Of a DNA stretch of 32,000 nucleotides, positions 6,954 to 15,674 are shown piece by piece; position 1 is the first letter of the stretch, and each line of letters opens with the position of its first letter. The notes under the pieces are model-generated. The model made no database searches and was not told the DNA's origin. It saw only the letters and a program-made list of their open reading frames with translations. The stretch is from contig NZ_OMOH01000008.1 in assembly GCF_900289195.1 (NCBI RefSeq), positions 30,001 to 62,000 of the forward strand, read 5' to 3'. Source of the DNA: Propionibacterium ruminifibrarum. GTDB lineage: Bacteria; Actinomycetota; Actinomycetes; Propionibacteriales; Propionibacteriaceae. The position numbers were made by a program, and so were the translations under genes.

Positions 6954-9179
6954 TCACGCCGAGGGTTCCCTGCCCACCGCGGCGACGATCGGACGCAGCT
7001 CCATCCACCACTGCTTGCGCGGCCGGCGCTTCACGGTGTTGACGTGCTCGGTCATGTGCGCCAGCGGATAGTTCTCGATCCGGCCGCCCTTCAGGCCGAT
7101 GTACCGGGGCACCGGCTCCTCCTCGTCGAACTCGTCGGCGAGCACGTCGAGAGCGGCGGCGGCCATCCGCGTGGCGAGCAGCCGGTCGGCCGGGCTGGGT
7201 TCGCCGCCCTGCTGCACGTGACCGATGATGTTCGTCCGCACGTCGTACAGGCCGTGGCTCTCGCCCTCGAACAGCCGCCCCAGGAAGTCGGTGGTGTACT
7301 CGGCCGAGGCCATCTCGGAGCGCACCGCGAGGAACAGGCGGCGGCCGCGGCCGAAGGAGTCGCGCAGCCAGCGCACGTCCTGGTTGAGCTGGTCGAGGCT
7401 GATGCCGTCCTCGTTGAGGTAGATGCGCTCGGCGCCGCCGGCCAGGCCGCCCATGAGCGCCAGGTAGCCGCAGCGCCGGCCCATCGTCTCGACGACGAAC
7501 GCCCTGGTCGTGGCGGCGCCGGACTGCTTGATGCGGTCGATGTCGTCGACGATCTCGTTGAGCGCCGAGTCGGCGCCGATCGTCTCCTCGCTGCCGGGCA
7601 GGTTGTTGTCGATCGTCGCGGGCACGCAGACGATCGGGATGCGGAAGGCCGGGTAGCGGTCGGTCTCGCCCTGCATGAGATAGGCCGCCTGGTAGGCGTT
7701 CCAGCCGCCGACCACCATGAGCGCGTCGACCCGGTGGTCCTCCAGCGCGCGGCTGATCGCGTAGAACTGTTCGACACTCGGCACGTCGCGGCGCAGGCCC
7801 AGCTCGGCGCCGCCGGCACCGGCCCAGCCCTCGACGTCCTCCCACTTGAGCTCGGAGATCGCGCCGCGCAGCAGCCCGGTGAAGCCGTTCTGGACACCCA
7901 GCATCGTGTAGCCGCGGGCGATGCCCAGGCGCACGGCCGCGCGGGCCGCGGTGTTCATGCCGGGGGCCAGTCCCCCGGCATGCAGGATGGCCACGCGCGG
8001 CGAGTCCTCGGTCGCCGTGACGCGGTGCGGGTGGGTCAGCTCCTCGAAGAGCCGGGCCATGTCGGTGAAGTCCTCGTTGCGCAGACCCATCGCCGCCTCG
8101 TAGTCGCCGGCGGCGATGAGCTCGGGCACGCGCCGGGTCCTGGCAACGGCCTCGGCGAGGGGCAGCCGCACGATGCCGGAGCCGCGGATGCCCAGCACCA
8201 CGCCCTCCGTCGCCGGGGTCGCGGTGAGCGCCTCGAGGGCGGCCGAGTAGCCCAGCCAGGTGCTGGCCCAGCGGTCGTAGGCGCTCGGCTTGCCGCCGCG
8301 TTGCACGTGCCCCAGGTTTGTCAGGCGGGCTTCCTCGTTGTTGATGCGACTGATCGTGGCACGCACGTACTCGCTCGTTATGGGGTCGCCGTTGCGGTCC
8401 TGCGCGCCCTCGGCCACGACGACGATCGACTCGCGGCGGCCGGCCGCACGACCGCGGCGCAGCTCCGCGCACATCTGCTCCTCCCAGCCCTCGGCGGGGG
8501 GCAGCTCGGGGATGAGCACATAGTCGGCACCACCGGCGATGGCGCTCATCAAGGCCAGGTAGCCGCAGTGCCGGCCCATCACCTCGATGACGAAGCAGCG
8601 CTGGTGGCTGGCGGCGGTGGCGGTGATGGCGTCGATCGCGTCGACGATGCGGTGCAGGGCCGAGTCGGCGCCGATCGTCGAGTCGGTGCCCACCAGGTCG
8701 TTGTCGATCGAGCCGACCAGGCCGGCGATCATGAGGGCGGGGTGCCCGGCCGCCATCTCGGCGCTGATCCGTCCCGCGTCGGCGAGCTCCTCCATGATCG
8801 TCGGCCACTCGGTGCGGAAGACGTCCAGGCCGGACAGCGAACCGTCGCCGCCGATCACGACGAGACGGTCGATGCCGCGTTCCACGAGGTTCTTCGCGGC
8901 CTCGACCCGACCCTCGTGGGTGCGGAAGTCCTTCGAGCGGAACGTTCCGATGGCCGTGCCGCCCTTGCCCAGGATGTTGCCGGCGTCGTTCCACGTGAAA
9001 CGCCGGATCCCGTCGCCGCCGTCGACCAGGCCCTGGTAGCCCTCGTAGACGGCGAAGACCTCGGCACCGCGGCTCATCGCGGTGCGCGTGACACCGCGTA
9101 CCGCGGCATTCATGCCAGGTGCGTCACCACCCGAGGTGAGGACGGCTATCCGGACAGGGCTGGTAGCTGCGTCGGTCAT
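6954..9179 (-). CDS. pfk: 6-phosphofructokinase, tandem-fused (two PFK halves, 741 aa)
   Basis: The N-terminal half carries RIAVLTSGGDAPGMNAAVRGV, VIGGDGS, GSIDNDLVGTDSTIGADSAL and VIEVMGRHCGYLAL. The C-terminal half carries RVAILHAGGLAPGMNTAARAAV, PATIDNNLPGSEETIGADSAL and VVETMGRRCGYLAL. The start was chosen at ATG 9179 (MTDAATS), preceded by AGGATGGAG. The ORF extends upstream to 9314 without an SD. Confidence 0.9.
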   Translation of the reverse strand: MTDAATSPVRIAVLTSGGDAPGMNAAVRGVTRTAMSRGAEVFAVYEGYQGLVDGGDGIRRFTWNDAGNILGKGGTAIGTFRSKDFRTHEGRVEAAKNLVERGIDRLVVIGGDGSLSGLDVFRTEWPTIMEELADAGRISAEMAAGHPALMIAGLVGSIDNDLVGTDSTIGADSALHRIVDAIDAITATAASHQRCFVIEVMGRHCGYLALMSAIAGGADYVLIPELPPAEGWEEQMCAELRRGRAAGRRESIVVVAEGAQDRNGDPITSEYVRATISRINNEEARLTNLGHVQRGGKPSAYDRWASTWLGYSAALEALTATPATEGVVLGIRGSGIVRLPLAEAVARTRRVPELIAAGDYEAAMGLRNEDFTDMARLFEELTHPHRVTATEDSPRVAILHAGGLAPGMNTAARAAVRLGIARGYTMLGVQNGFTGLLRGAISELKWEDVEGWAGAGGAELGLRRDVPSVEQFYAISRALEDHRVDALMVVGGWNAYQAAYLMQGETDRYPAFRIPIVCVPATIDNNLPGSEETIGADSALNEIVDDIDRIKQSGAATTRAFVVETMGRRCGYLALMGGLAGGAERIYLNEDGISLDQLNQDVRWLRDSFGRGRRLFLAVRSEMASAEYTTDFLGRLFEGESHGLYDVRTNIIGHVQQGGEPSPADRLLATRMAAAALDVLADEFDEEEPVPRYIGLKGGRIENYPLAHMTEHVNTVKRRPRKQWWMELRPIVAAVGREPSA

Positions 9180-9318
9180 GGCTCCATCCTCGCTCATGGC
9201 CCGGAGCGCCCGGCAAGAGGGTTTCTGCTCGGATGCCGCGGAACGCGACGAACATGAGAAGCCGGCGATGCCGCTCGGGACGACTTGCAGCACCATGCTG
9301 AAGCCGAGACGCACGAGG

Positions 9319-9600
9319 TCACAGGAGCTGGTCGTGGCTTCCGGTTCGGCTCAAGATGAGGGTTCCATCATCAGGATCGATGGTGTAAAGCAGCAGCCAG
9401 TCGGCCGTGATGTGCAATTCGCGGTAGTTCGAGAGAGGACCCGTGAACTGGTGGCCGCGATGGCTCCTCAGCCAGTCTGTCTCCTGAGCATCGACCGCTT
9501 GGATGGCGGTCTTGAGGGCGTTCATGTCGTAGTGCTTGCGCTTGAGTCGCTTCACATCACGCAGGAAGGCAGGCCGGTAGGCGATCCTACGCATGATCAA
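9319..9600 (-). CDS. yafQ: Type II toxin, YafQ/RelE-family mRNA interferase
   Basis: 93 aa: MIMRRIAYRPAFLRDVKRLKRKHYDMNALK...HRGHQFTGPLSNYRELHITADWLLLYTI...SRTGSHDQLL. From memory, this aligns with E. coli YafQ, including the His/Asp positions (DH..G, H....DW, RTG.H). It overlaps the dinJ stop by 14 nt. Confidence 0.85.
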   Translation of the reverse strand: MIMRRIAYRPAFLRDVKRLKRKHYDMNALKTAIQAVDAQETDWLRSHRGHQFTGPLSNYRELHITADWLLLYTIDPDDGTLILSRTGSHDQLL

Positions 9601-9841
9601 TGAGATCCATCATCTCGTCGATGCCGTTGACGTCGACGACAGGCTCGGCCTCGGCCTCACGGATCGCATCCACGTACGGGAAGAGGCTGGGCTGGAAGGG
9701 CAGCCGCTGCTCGTGGACGACCTGACGGAGAAAAATGTTGATCGCCGTGGGTACGGACATGCCCATGCTCTCGAGCGTCTCCGTGGCCTGCTCCTTCAGC
9801 TCGCGGCTGGTCCGCACCTGGATCCGAGCGTCGAGATTCAT
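9587..9841 (-). CDS. dinJ: Type II antitoxin, DinJ/RelB family
   Basis: 84 aa: MNLDARIQVRTSRELKEQATETLESMGMSVPTAINIFLRQVVHEQRLPFQP..., a ribbon-helix-helix DinJ pattern. ATG 9841 is preceded by AAGGAGG. The longer ORF running to 10213 has no support. Confidence 0.85.
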   Translation of the reverse strand: MNLDARIQVRTSRELKEQATETLESMGMSVPTAINIFLRQVVHEQRLPFQPSLFPYVDAIREAEAEPVVDVNGIDEMMDLIDHA

Positions 9842-10203
9842 GAGAATCCTCCTTACTCTGGCTCCAAATGTACCCTGTTTGTACTCTTTCTGGAGTCGAT
9901 ACATCTCTTGCGTGAGTACTCCCCCGGTCTTCTCGGGATTGTTCACGGGGCCCTCACCACTGGCACACCACAGCCGGACAGGGATTCCGTCGATGACGGT
10001 CGCCCCGCCGGAGGATGCCTGGCGAATTCCTCCGCGGACCCGTATGGCGACAGGCTCCCTCGGATTGTTCCCGGTGTCCGCCGATGCGCCGGCGACATCG
10101 AGTGGTCTCCGGCCCCGACCGACGACACGGAATACGTCACGCCCGCCGTGACCGGGTAACCCCGCGCCCACCCGGCACCGACCGGGTGCGTCATACTGAC
10201 CGC

Positions 10204-11049
10204 ATGCACGCACTGGTCTGGGCCGTCGTGCTCCTGGGGGTGGCCTGCGCCGGCTCGGGCGTCCTCGCCCTGGTGCTGCGCCGCCGGCTCACCCTGCTGC
10301 GCGCCGACAACGAGCAGCTGCGCAGTGTCGTCCGGCGCCGCATGGAACGCCCGCAGATCTTCTCCCACGAGGTCCGCACCCCGCTCGCCCTCATCCGGGG
10401 CGCCACCGAACTACTCCTGGAGGGCACCCCGGGCCCGCTCACCGAACGCCAGCGCGAGTTCGTCGAGACGATCGCCGACAACACCGCGCAGATGACGCAG
10501 CTGTCCGAGACGATGCTCACCGAGGCGCGCATCGAGGCCCAGCTGCTCACCCTGCGCCGCGAGCGCGTCGAGGTGCGCTCGCTGGTGCGTCAGGCGGTCT
10601 CCGAGCTGCGCCACTTCACCCGCATCCCCATCGAGCTCGACAACACCGGCGCCCGCATCAGCCTCGACGGCGACCCCGCCCTGCTGCGCCAGGCGCTGTG
10701 GAACCTCGTCAACAATGCGGTGCGCCACGCGGGCCCGGGCGCGACCATCTCGGTGCAGGTGTCGGAGGCCGACGAGACGGCCGTCATCGCCGTCACCGAC
10801 GACGGGGCCGGCATGACCGACAGCGACCGGGCGAGGCTGTTCCAGCCCTTCAGCTCACCGCCCGGCGAGAACGACAGGCACGGCACCGGCCTGGGCATGC
10901 TCGTCGCCCAGCGTGTCATCGCCGCGCACGGGGGCCGCCTGCTCATCGACACCATCGACGGACGGGGCACCTCGATCCTGTGCGCTCTGCCGCTGGGGGA
11001 CCCCGCCACGTCCCTCCCCCCGCCGGCAGCGGATCAGGAGACCCCATGA
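10204..11049 (+). CDS. Sensor histidine kinase (single N-terminal TM helix, no extracytoplasmic or HAMP/PAS domain)
   Basis: H-box FSHEVRTPLALIRG, N-box LWNLVNNAVRHAG, G1 DDGAGM and G2 GTGLGMLVAQRV are present. The only hydrophobic helix is ALVWAVVLLGVACAGSGVLALVL. ATG 10204 has no SD but has a CATACT -10-like hexamer 6 nt upstream. Confidence 0.85.
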   Translation: MHALVWAVVLLGVACAGSGVLALVLRRRLTLLRADNEQLRSVVRRRMERPQIFSHEVRTPLALIRGATELLLEGTPGPLTERQREFVETIADNTAQMTQLSETMLTEARIEAQLLTLRRERVEVRSLVRQAVSELRHFTRIPIELDNTGARISLDGDPALLRQALWNLVNNAVRHAGPGATISVQVSEADETAVIAVTDDGAGMTDSDRARLFQPFSSPPGENDRHGTGLGMLVAQRVIAAHGGRLLIDTIDGRGTSILCALPLGDPATSLPPPAADQETP

Positions 11050-11735
11050 GCGCACCCACCGCACTGGTCGTCGACGATCAGGCCCAGATGGTCTCGATCG
11101 TCGCCTTCGCCCTGGAGACCCAGGGCTTCGCCTGCCTCACCGCGGCGACCGCCGAGCAGGCCTGGGAGATCCTCACCCGCCGGCAGGTCGACATCGTCGT
11201 CCTCGACATCATGCTGCCCGGCGCCTCGGGCATCGAACTGTGCGAGCGGATCAGGGCGACGGGCACGACACCCGTCATCCTGCTGACGGCCAAGAGCAGC
11301 ACCGATGACCGCATCGCCGGGCTGCTGGCCGGCGCGGACGACTACCTCACCAAGCCGTTCAGCCCCCGCGAGCTGGCCCTGCGCGCCCAGGCCGTCCACC
11401 GCCGCACGCAGGCCGGCGCCGAGGCCGGCCTCGTCACCAACGGCCCGCTCGTCATCGACACCAGACGGCACCGCGCCACGTGGAACGGGCGGCTGCTGCG
11501 CATCTCCGACATCGAACTGCGCCTGCTCACTGCGCTGGCCAGGCACAAGGGCGAGGTCGTCACCTGGGCGGGGCTGCTCAACGAGGTCTGGTTCACCGAG
11601 TCCGACGCCGGTGGCCGCGAGATGGTCAAGACGACCGTCTACCGGCTGCGTCAGCGCCTCGACACCGATGGGCGCCCCCTCATCGTCACCGTGCGCGGCG
11701 TGGGCTATCTCATGCCTGACCAGGACGCCCCGTGA
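11046..11735 (+). CDS. OmpR/PhoB-family response regulator
   Basis: ATGA overlap with the kinase stop. The receiver domain reads LVVDDQ...VVLDIMLPGASG...LLTAKS...DDYLTKPF. The C-terminal winged helix reads TVYRLRQRL...VTVRGVGYLM. Confidence 0.9.
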   Translation: MSAPTALVVDDQAQMVSIVAFALETQGFACLTAATAEQAWEILTRRQVDIVVLDIMLPGASGIELCERIRATGTTPVILLTAKSSTDDRIAGLLAGADDYLTKPFSPRELALRAQAVHRRTQAGAEAGLVTNGPLVIDTRRHRATWNGRLLRISDIELRLLTALARHKGEVVTWAGLLNEVWFTESDAGGREMVKTTVYRLRQRLDTDGRPLIVTVRGVGYLMPDQDAP

Positions 11736-12772
11736 CAGGCCCGTACCGCACCCGGTGGCGGGCACGGCTCGCCCGCTCCGCCGGCGCGCTCGTGATCAGC
11801 CTCGTCGTGGCGGCCTCGGCGGTCAACGTCATCGCCCACGCGCGGGGGCCCCGCCTGTCGGTGCTGTGCTCCTCGATCGAGGACCTCTGCCAGGAGTGGG
11901 GCCGCGCCTTCCGGGAGCGCACCGGTGTCAACGTGACCGTCGCCCGCCGCTCGGCGGGCGAGGCCCTCACCCTCGTCAGCCAGCACGACAACCAGTTCGA
12001 CGTGTGGATGGGCGGGCCCGCCGAGATGTACGTGCTGGGTGCCGGCCGCGGGCTGTTCGCCGCCTACGTCCCGGCCGGCGCCGAGCACGTGCCCGACGAC
12101 CGCAAGGACCCGTCCGGGGCCTGGACCGGTATCTACCAGGGCGTTCTCGGTTTCTGCTCGAACACCGCCGTGCTCGCCCGGGCCGGGCTCGACGCACCCA
12201 CCCGGTGGGGTGACGTGCTCGACCCGCGGCTGCGCGGCCTCGTCTCGGCGCCGAACCCGAACCTGTCGGGCACCGGTTACACGATGGTGGAGACGCAGGT
12301 GGCCAGGCTCGGCACCGATGCGGCGATGGCCTGGCTGCGTCTGCTGAACCGGAACATCCTGCAGTACACGTCCTCGGGGCTGGCGCCCTCCGGGGTCGCG
12401 GCACGCGGCGAGGTGGCCGTGGCGATCGCCTTCACCCAGCACTGCGCCAAGCAGATCGACCAGGGCCACGACGAGCTGACGATCACCTACCCCGATGACG
12501 GCACGGGCCACGAGATCGGTGGCATCGCGATCCTGGCCGGCACCGACCAGCCGGAGACGGCCCGGCGTTTCGAGGACTTCATGCTCTCGGACGAGGGCCA
12601 GTCCCTCGGCGCGGGAATCGCCTCCAGCCAGCTGCCGGCCAGGGATGACCTCGCCCGCGACGAGCGACTGGTCCTGCCGCCCGGCTCGCACTTGGCCGAG
12701 TTGCCGCTGGACGAGGCGGCGGCGCGGCAGAGGGAATTGCTCGACCGCTTCAACAGGCAGGTGCTGTCATGA
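11732..12772 (+). CDS. ABC transporter substrate-binding protein, Fbp/Afu (iron(III)-type) like family; ligand unknown
   Basis: GTGA overlap with the response regulator stop. The N-terminal hydrophobic anchor SAGALVISLVVAASAVNVIAHA has no lipobox. The body resembles family-1 periplasmic binding proteins of the FbpA/thiamine/polyamine group (FDVWMGGPAEMY...WTGIYQGVLGFCSNT...NPNLSGTGYTMV). Confidence 0.7.
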   Translation: MTGPYRTRWRARLARSAGALVISLVVAASAVNVIAHARGPRLSVLCSSIEDLCQEWGRAFRERTGVNVTVARRSAGEALTLVSQHDNQFDVWMGGPAEMYVLGAGRGLFAAYVPAGAEHVPDDRKDPSGAWTGIYQGVLGFCSNTAVLARAGLDAPTRWGDVLDPRLRGLVSAPNPNLSGTGYTMVETQVARLGTDAAMAWLRLLNRNILQYTSSGLAPSGVAARGEVAVAIAFTQHCAKQIDQGHDELTITYPDDGTGHEIGGIAILAGTDQPETARRFEDFMLSDEGQSLGAGIASSQLPARDDLARDERLVLPPGSHLAELPLDEAAARQRELLDRFNRQVLS

Positions 12773-14412
12773 GACGCATCATCCCGGCGAGCCGCGTTCC
12801 CGCGCGGCACCTGGCGCGCGGCGGTGTCCTGTGGGGGCTCGCCGATGCAGTGATCGCCGTCCTGCTGTGGCCGGTTCTGTCGGTACCGCTCACCGCCGAG
12901 GGACGTGCCGCCCTGGTCGGTGTCGTGGTCAACCAGCACCGTCTGGTCACCGGGACCTTGACGCTGGCCCTCGTCACGGGCCTGGCGGGGACGATTGGCG
13001 GCGCGCTGCTGGCCGGCGTCCACCACCGCTTCAGGTTTCGCGGCCGCCGGCTGCTGCAGCTCATGGTGCTCAGCCAGCTGCTCATGCCCCCGGTGGCCCC
13101 GGCCATCGCGCTGCTCCAGCTGTGGGGCCACAACGGGCTCGCCGCACGGCTGCTGGGCTGGCACTCGGTTCCGGTGTACGGTTTCGCCGGGCTGGCCGCC
13201 GCCGAGGTGATGACGCTGCTGCCCCTCGCCCACCTCGTGATCCTGGGCGGGCTCTCGAACCTCGACCGGGCGCTCGTGGAGCAGGCCCGCGACATGGGGG
13301 CCTCTGAGACCCACGTCCTGACCCGCATCGTGCTGCCGCGCATGCGTGGGGCCCTGGCCGGCGCCTTCCTCCTGCTCGTGGCCCGCGCGGCGGTCGACAT
13401 CACCAATCCGCTGGCGCTGGGCGGCAGCTACCCGGTGCTCAGCACCCGGCTGCGTGACGCCGCCGTCGGCGAGGGCGACATGCCGGGGGCCGGGGCCTGC
13501 GGACTCGTTCTCCTCGCCATCTGCGCCGTGGCGGCACTGGCCGTCCCCGGACGCGATCACCTGCCGGTTCAGGAACGACTGCGCCACCACCGCCGGGTCC
13601 GGCCGTCGGGGGTGGGGGACTGGGCGCTCGTCACGGCCGCCTGGGTCGTCGCCTCGGTCGAGGTGCTGCCGCTGGTCGTCTGCGCGGTCGCCTCGGTGCT
13701 GACGACCACGGCGGGGTTGACCGGCGGGCACTACATCGAGCTGTTCACCAGCGACACCACGCGCTTGGCCGTCTCCGACTCACTGCTCGTGTCGGCGGTG
13801 ACCGTGGTGGCGGCGACGAGCATCGCCCTGGCCGTGCTGGTCATATCCCCACGCGCCGGTCCGGCCAGCATCTCCCGCGTGCTGCTGGCCTCGACCACCC
13901 CGATCCTGCCCCTGGCGCTCGGCGCTCTCCACTGGTGGCGCAGGCCGCTGTGGGGCGCGGCCTCGGGGTGGGTGGTGCTCGGGCTGGTCGCGACGATCAC
14001 GACGATCGGCTCGGCGCCGATGATGATCACCCTGCTTCGTCAGCGGCTGGCCTCGATGACTCCGGGGGCCGCGGAGTCGGCCGCCGGCCTCGCCGTACGG
14101 CCCCGACAGATCATCGGCCCCCTCGCCGTTCCGCACCTGTCGGTCGTCATGCCCATGATGCTCATCGTCACGCTCGCCGAGGCCGTCACCTCACTGGCGC
14201 CGGTCGTGTTGTTCAACGGCGCCGACACCCCCTTCCTCGCGACACGGCTCATCACCGACGTCGAGTCGGGCCAGCTGGGCCGGGCCAGCGCCCTGGCGGT
14301 GACGTCTGCCGCTCTGCTGGGGACGCTCGGCGGCTGTGCCGCGGTGCTGGCCGCCCCGCTGCGCCGGGTGACCGTCACCGGGGTCGGGGCACTGGACGAG
14401 GTGCGGGCATGA
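12769..14412 (+). CDS. ABC transporter permease, fused double-domain (FbpB-like)
   Basis: 547 aa, very hydrophobic, with two repeated permease halves. ATGA overlaps at both ends link it to the binding protein and the ATPase. Confidence 0.8.
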   Translation: MRRIIPASRVPARHLARGGVLWGLADAVIAVLLWPVLSVPLTAEGRAALVGVVVNQHRLVTGTLTLALVTGLAGTIGGALLAGVHHRFRFRGRRLLQLMVLSQLLMPPVAPAIALLQLWGHNGLAARLLGWHSVPVYGFAGLAAAEVMTLLPLAHLVILGGLSNLDRALVEQARDMGASETHVLTRIVLPRMRGALAGAFLLLVARAAVDITNPLALGGSYPVLSTRLRDAAVGEGDMPGAGACGLVLLAICAVAALAVPGRDHLPVQERLRHHRRVRPSGVGDWALVTAAWVVASVEVLPLVVCAVASVLTTTAGLTGGHYIELFTSDTTRLAVSDSLLVSAVTVVAATSIALAVLVISPRAGPASISRVLLASTTPILPLALGALHWWRRPLWGAASGWVVLGLVATITTIGSAPMMITLLRQRLASMTPGAAESAAGLAVRPRQIIGPLAVPHLSVVMPMMLIVTLAEAVTSLAPVVLFNGADTPFLATRLITDVESGQLGRASALAVTSAALLGTLGGCAAVLAAPLRRVTVTGVGALDEVRA

Positions 14413-15500
14413 AGGCGATCGGGATCACCAAGACCTTCCCGGGGATGGCACGGCCGGCCCTGCGCGATGTGACGATCGAGGCGGGCCCGGGGGAACTGCT
14501 CGACCTGATGGGCCCCTCCGGCTCGGGGAAGTCGACGCTCGTGACGGTCATCAACGGTTTGACCAGCCCCGATGCCGGCAGGGTTCTCATCGGCGGCCGG
14601 GATGTGACATCTCTCGCGCCGGCCCGTCGTCCCACCGCGACGATGTTCCAGCAGGACAACCTGTTCCCCGAACGGACGGTGGCCGACAACGTCGCCTACC
14701 CGCTGCGACTGGCCGGGGCGTCCAGGACGCATCTGCAGGACCAGACCGAGGTGATGCTGCTGCGGCTGGGACTGGCAGGTGTCGCCGACGCGCTGCCCCG
14801 CCAGTTGTCCGGTGGTCAACGCCGTCGTGTCGCCCTGGCCAGGGCACTCGTGACACGTCCCGAGGTACTGCTGCTGGACGAGCCGCTGTCGGGTCTGGAG
14901 CAGGGGCTCAAGAGCAGCCTTCTCGACCTCATCGACCAGATGCGCAGGCGCCTGGGCATGACCGTCATCCACGTGACCCACGACACGCCGCTCGCCCTCG
15001 GCACGGCCGACCGGATCGTCGTCCTGAACCGCGGCGAGGTGGTCGACGAGGGCTCGCCACGGGACATCTACCAGCGCCCGACGAGTTCCTTCGTCGCCTC
15101 GTTCATGGGGGCCTCCAGTTTCCTGGACGTGCGGGTCCTCGGTCCGGGCGAATCGGACTCGCAGCGGCGGGTGGACGTGCTCGGCACGCCGATGACGGTG
15201 GCCTGCCCGCCGACCGTTCCGGTCACGGCCGGTTCCGAGGCGGTCCTGCTCATCCGGCCCAATGCCCTGTCCGTCGTCCCGGCGTCCGGGACGGCCACGG
15301 TGATGGGCCAGCCCGAACCCCGCGGCATGCTCGGTGTCATCCAGCGCAGGTTCTACCGCGGCGAGTGGATGGAGTACCAGATCGAGACCGAGCGCGGATC
15401 GGTGCTCGGCACCGGTGAGCTGTGGGGTCCCCTGCTGGAACGCCACGATCCGGCGCGGCTGGTCTTCCACCCCGACCGGTTGTGGCTGTTCCCCCGCTGA
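14409..15500 (+). CDS. ABC transporter ATP-binding protein (FbpC/PotA-like with C-terminal TOBE-like extension)
   Basis: Walker A GPSGSGKST, signature LSGGQRRRVALARAL, Walker B LLLDEPLSGL and H-loop VTHD are present. ATG 14409 overlaps the permease stop. Confidence 0.9.
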   Translation: MKAIGITKTFPGMARPALRDVTIEAGPGELLDLMGPSGSGKSTLVTVINGLTSPDAGRVLIGGRDVTSLAPARRPTATMFQQDNLFPERTVADNVAYPLRLAGASRTHLQDQTEVMLLRLGLAGVADALPRQLSGGQRRRVALARALVTRPEVLLLDEPLSGLEQGLKSSLLDLIDQMRRRLGMTVIHVTHDTPLALGTADRIVVLNRGEVVDEGSPRDIYQRPTSSFVASFMGASSFLDVRVLGPGESDSQRRVDVLGTPMTVACPPTVPVTAGSEAVLLIRPNALSVVPASGTATVMGQPEPRGMLGVIQRRFYRGEWMEYQIETERGSVLGTGELWGPLLERHDPARLVFHPDRLWLFPR

Positions 15501-15505
15501 GCCCC

Positions 15506-15539
15506 CGCCCCGGCGCCGGCTTATGCCGGGGCCGGGGCG
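15506..15539 (+). terminator. GC-rich hairpin after the ABC operon
   Basis: cGCCCCGGCGCCGGC-TTAT-GCCGGGGCCGGGGCg forms a 15-bp stem with one mismatch and a 4-nt loop. It begins 6 nt after the stop at 15500. There is no U-tract. Confidence 0.55.
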
Positions 15540-15674
15540 CTGCATGGGGTTCGTCCCGGTGACAGGGCTGTGACCAACTGTTACCGCGAGTGATCGACTC
15601 CGGGAACGCCCGGCGATGACGATGTGAGCGAGCAGCGCCGCTCGACCGGGCGGCACCGTCCATGGGAGTCACAC

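Noticed and set aside
9842-10213. N-terminal extension of the dinJ ORF to 208 aa.
   Set aside because: - The DinJ homology starts exactly at MNLDARIQV.
- ATG 9841 has a near-perfect AAGGAGG RBS.
- The upstream 124 codons are compositionally non-coding and span the divergent promoter region.
15560-15600. CRP/GlxR-like site upstream of glpT (TGTGACCAACTGTTAC, with a nearby GTGAC repeat).
   Set aside because: - The right half-site (GTTAC) does not match TCACA.
- Only one half resembles the consensus.
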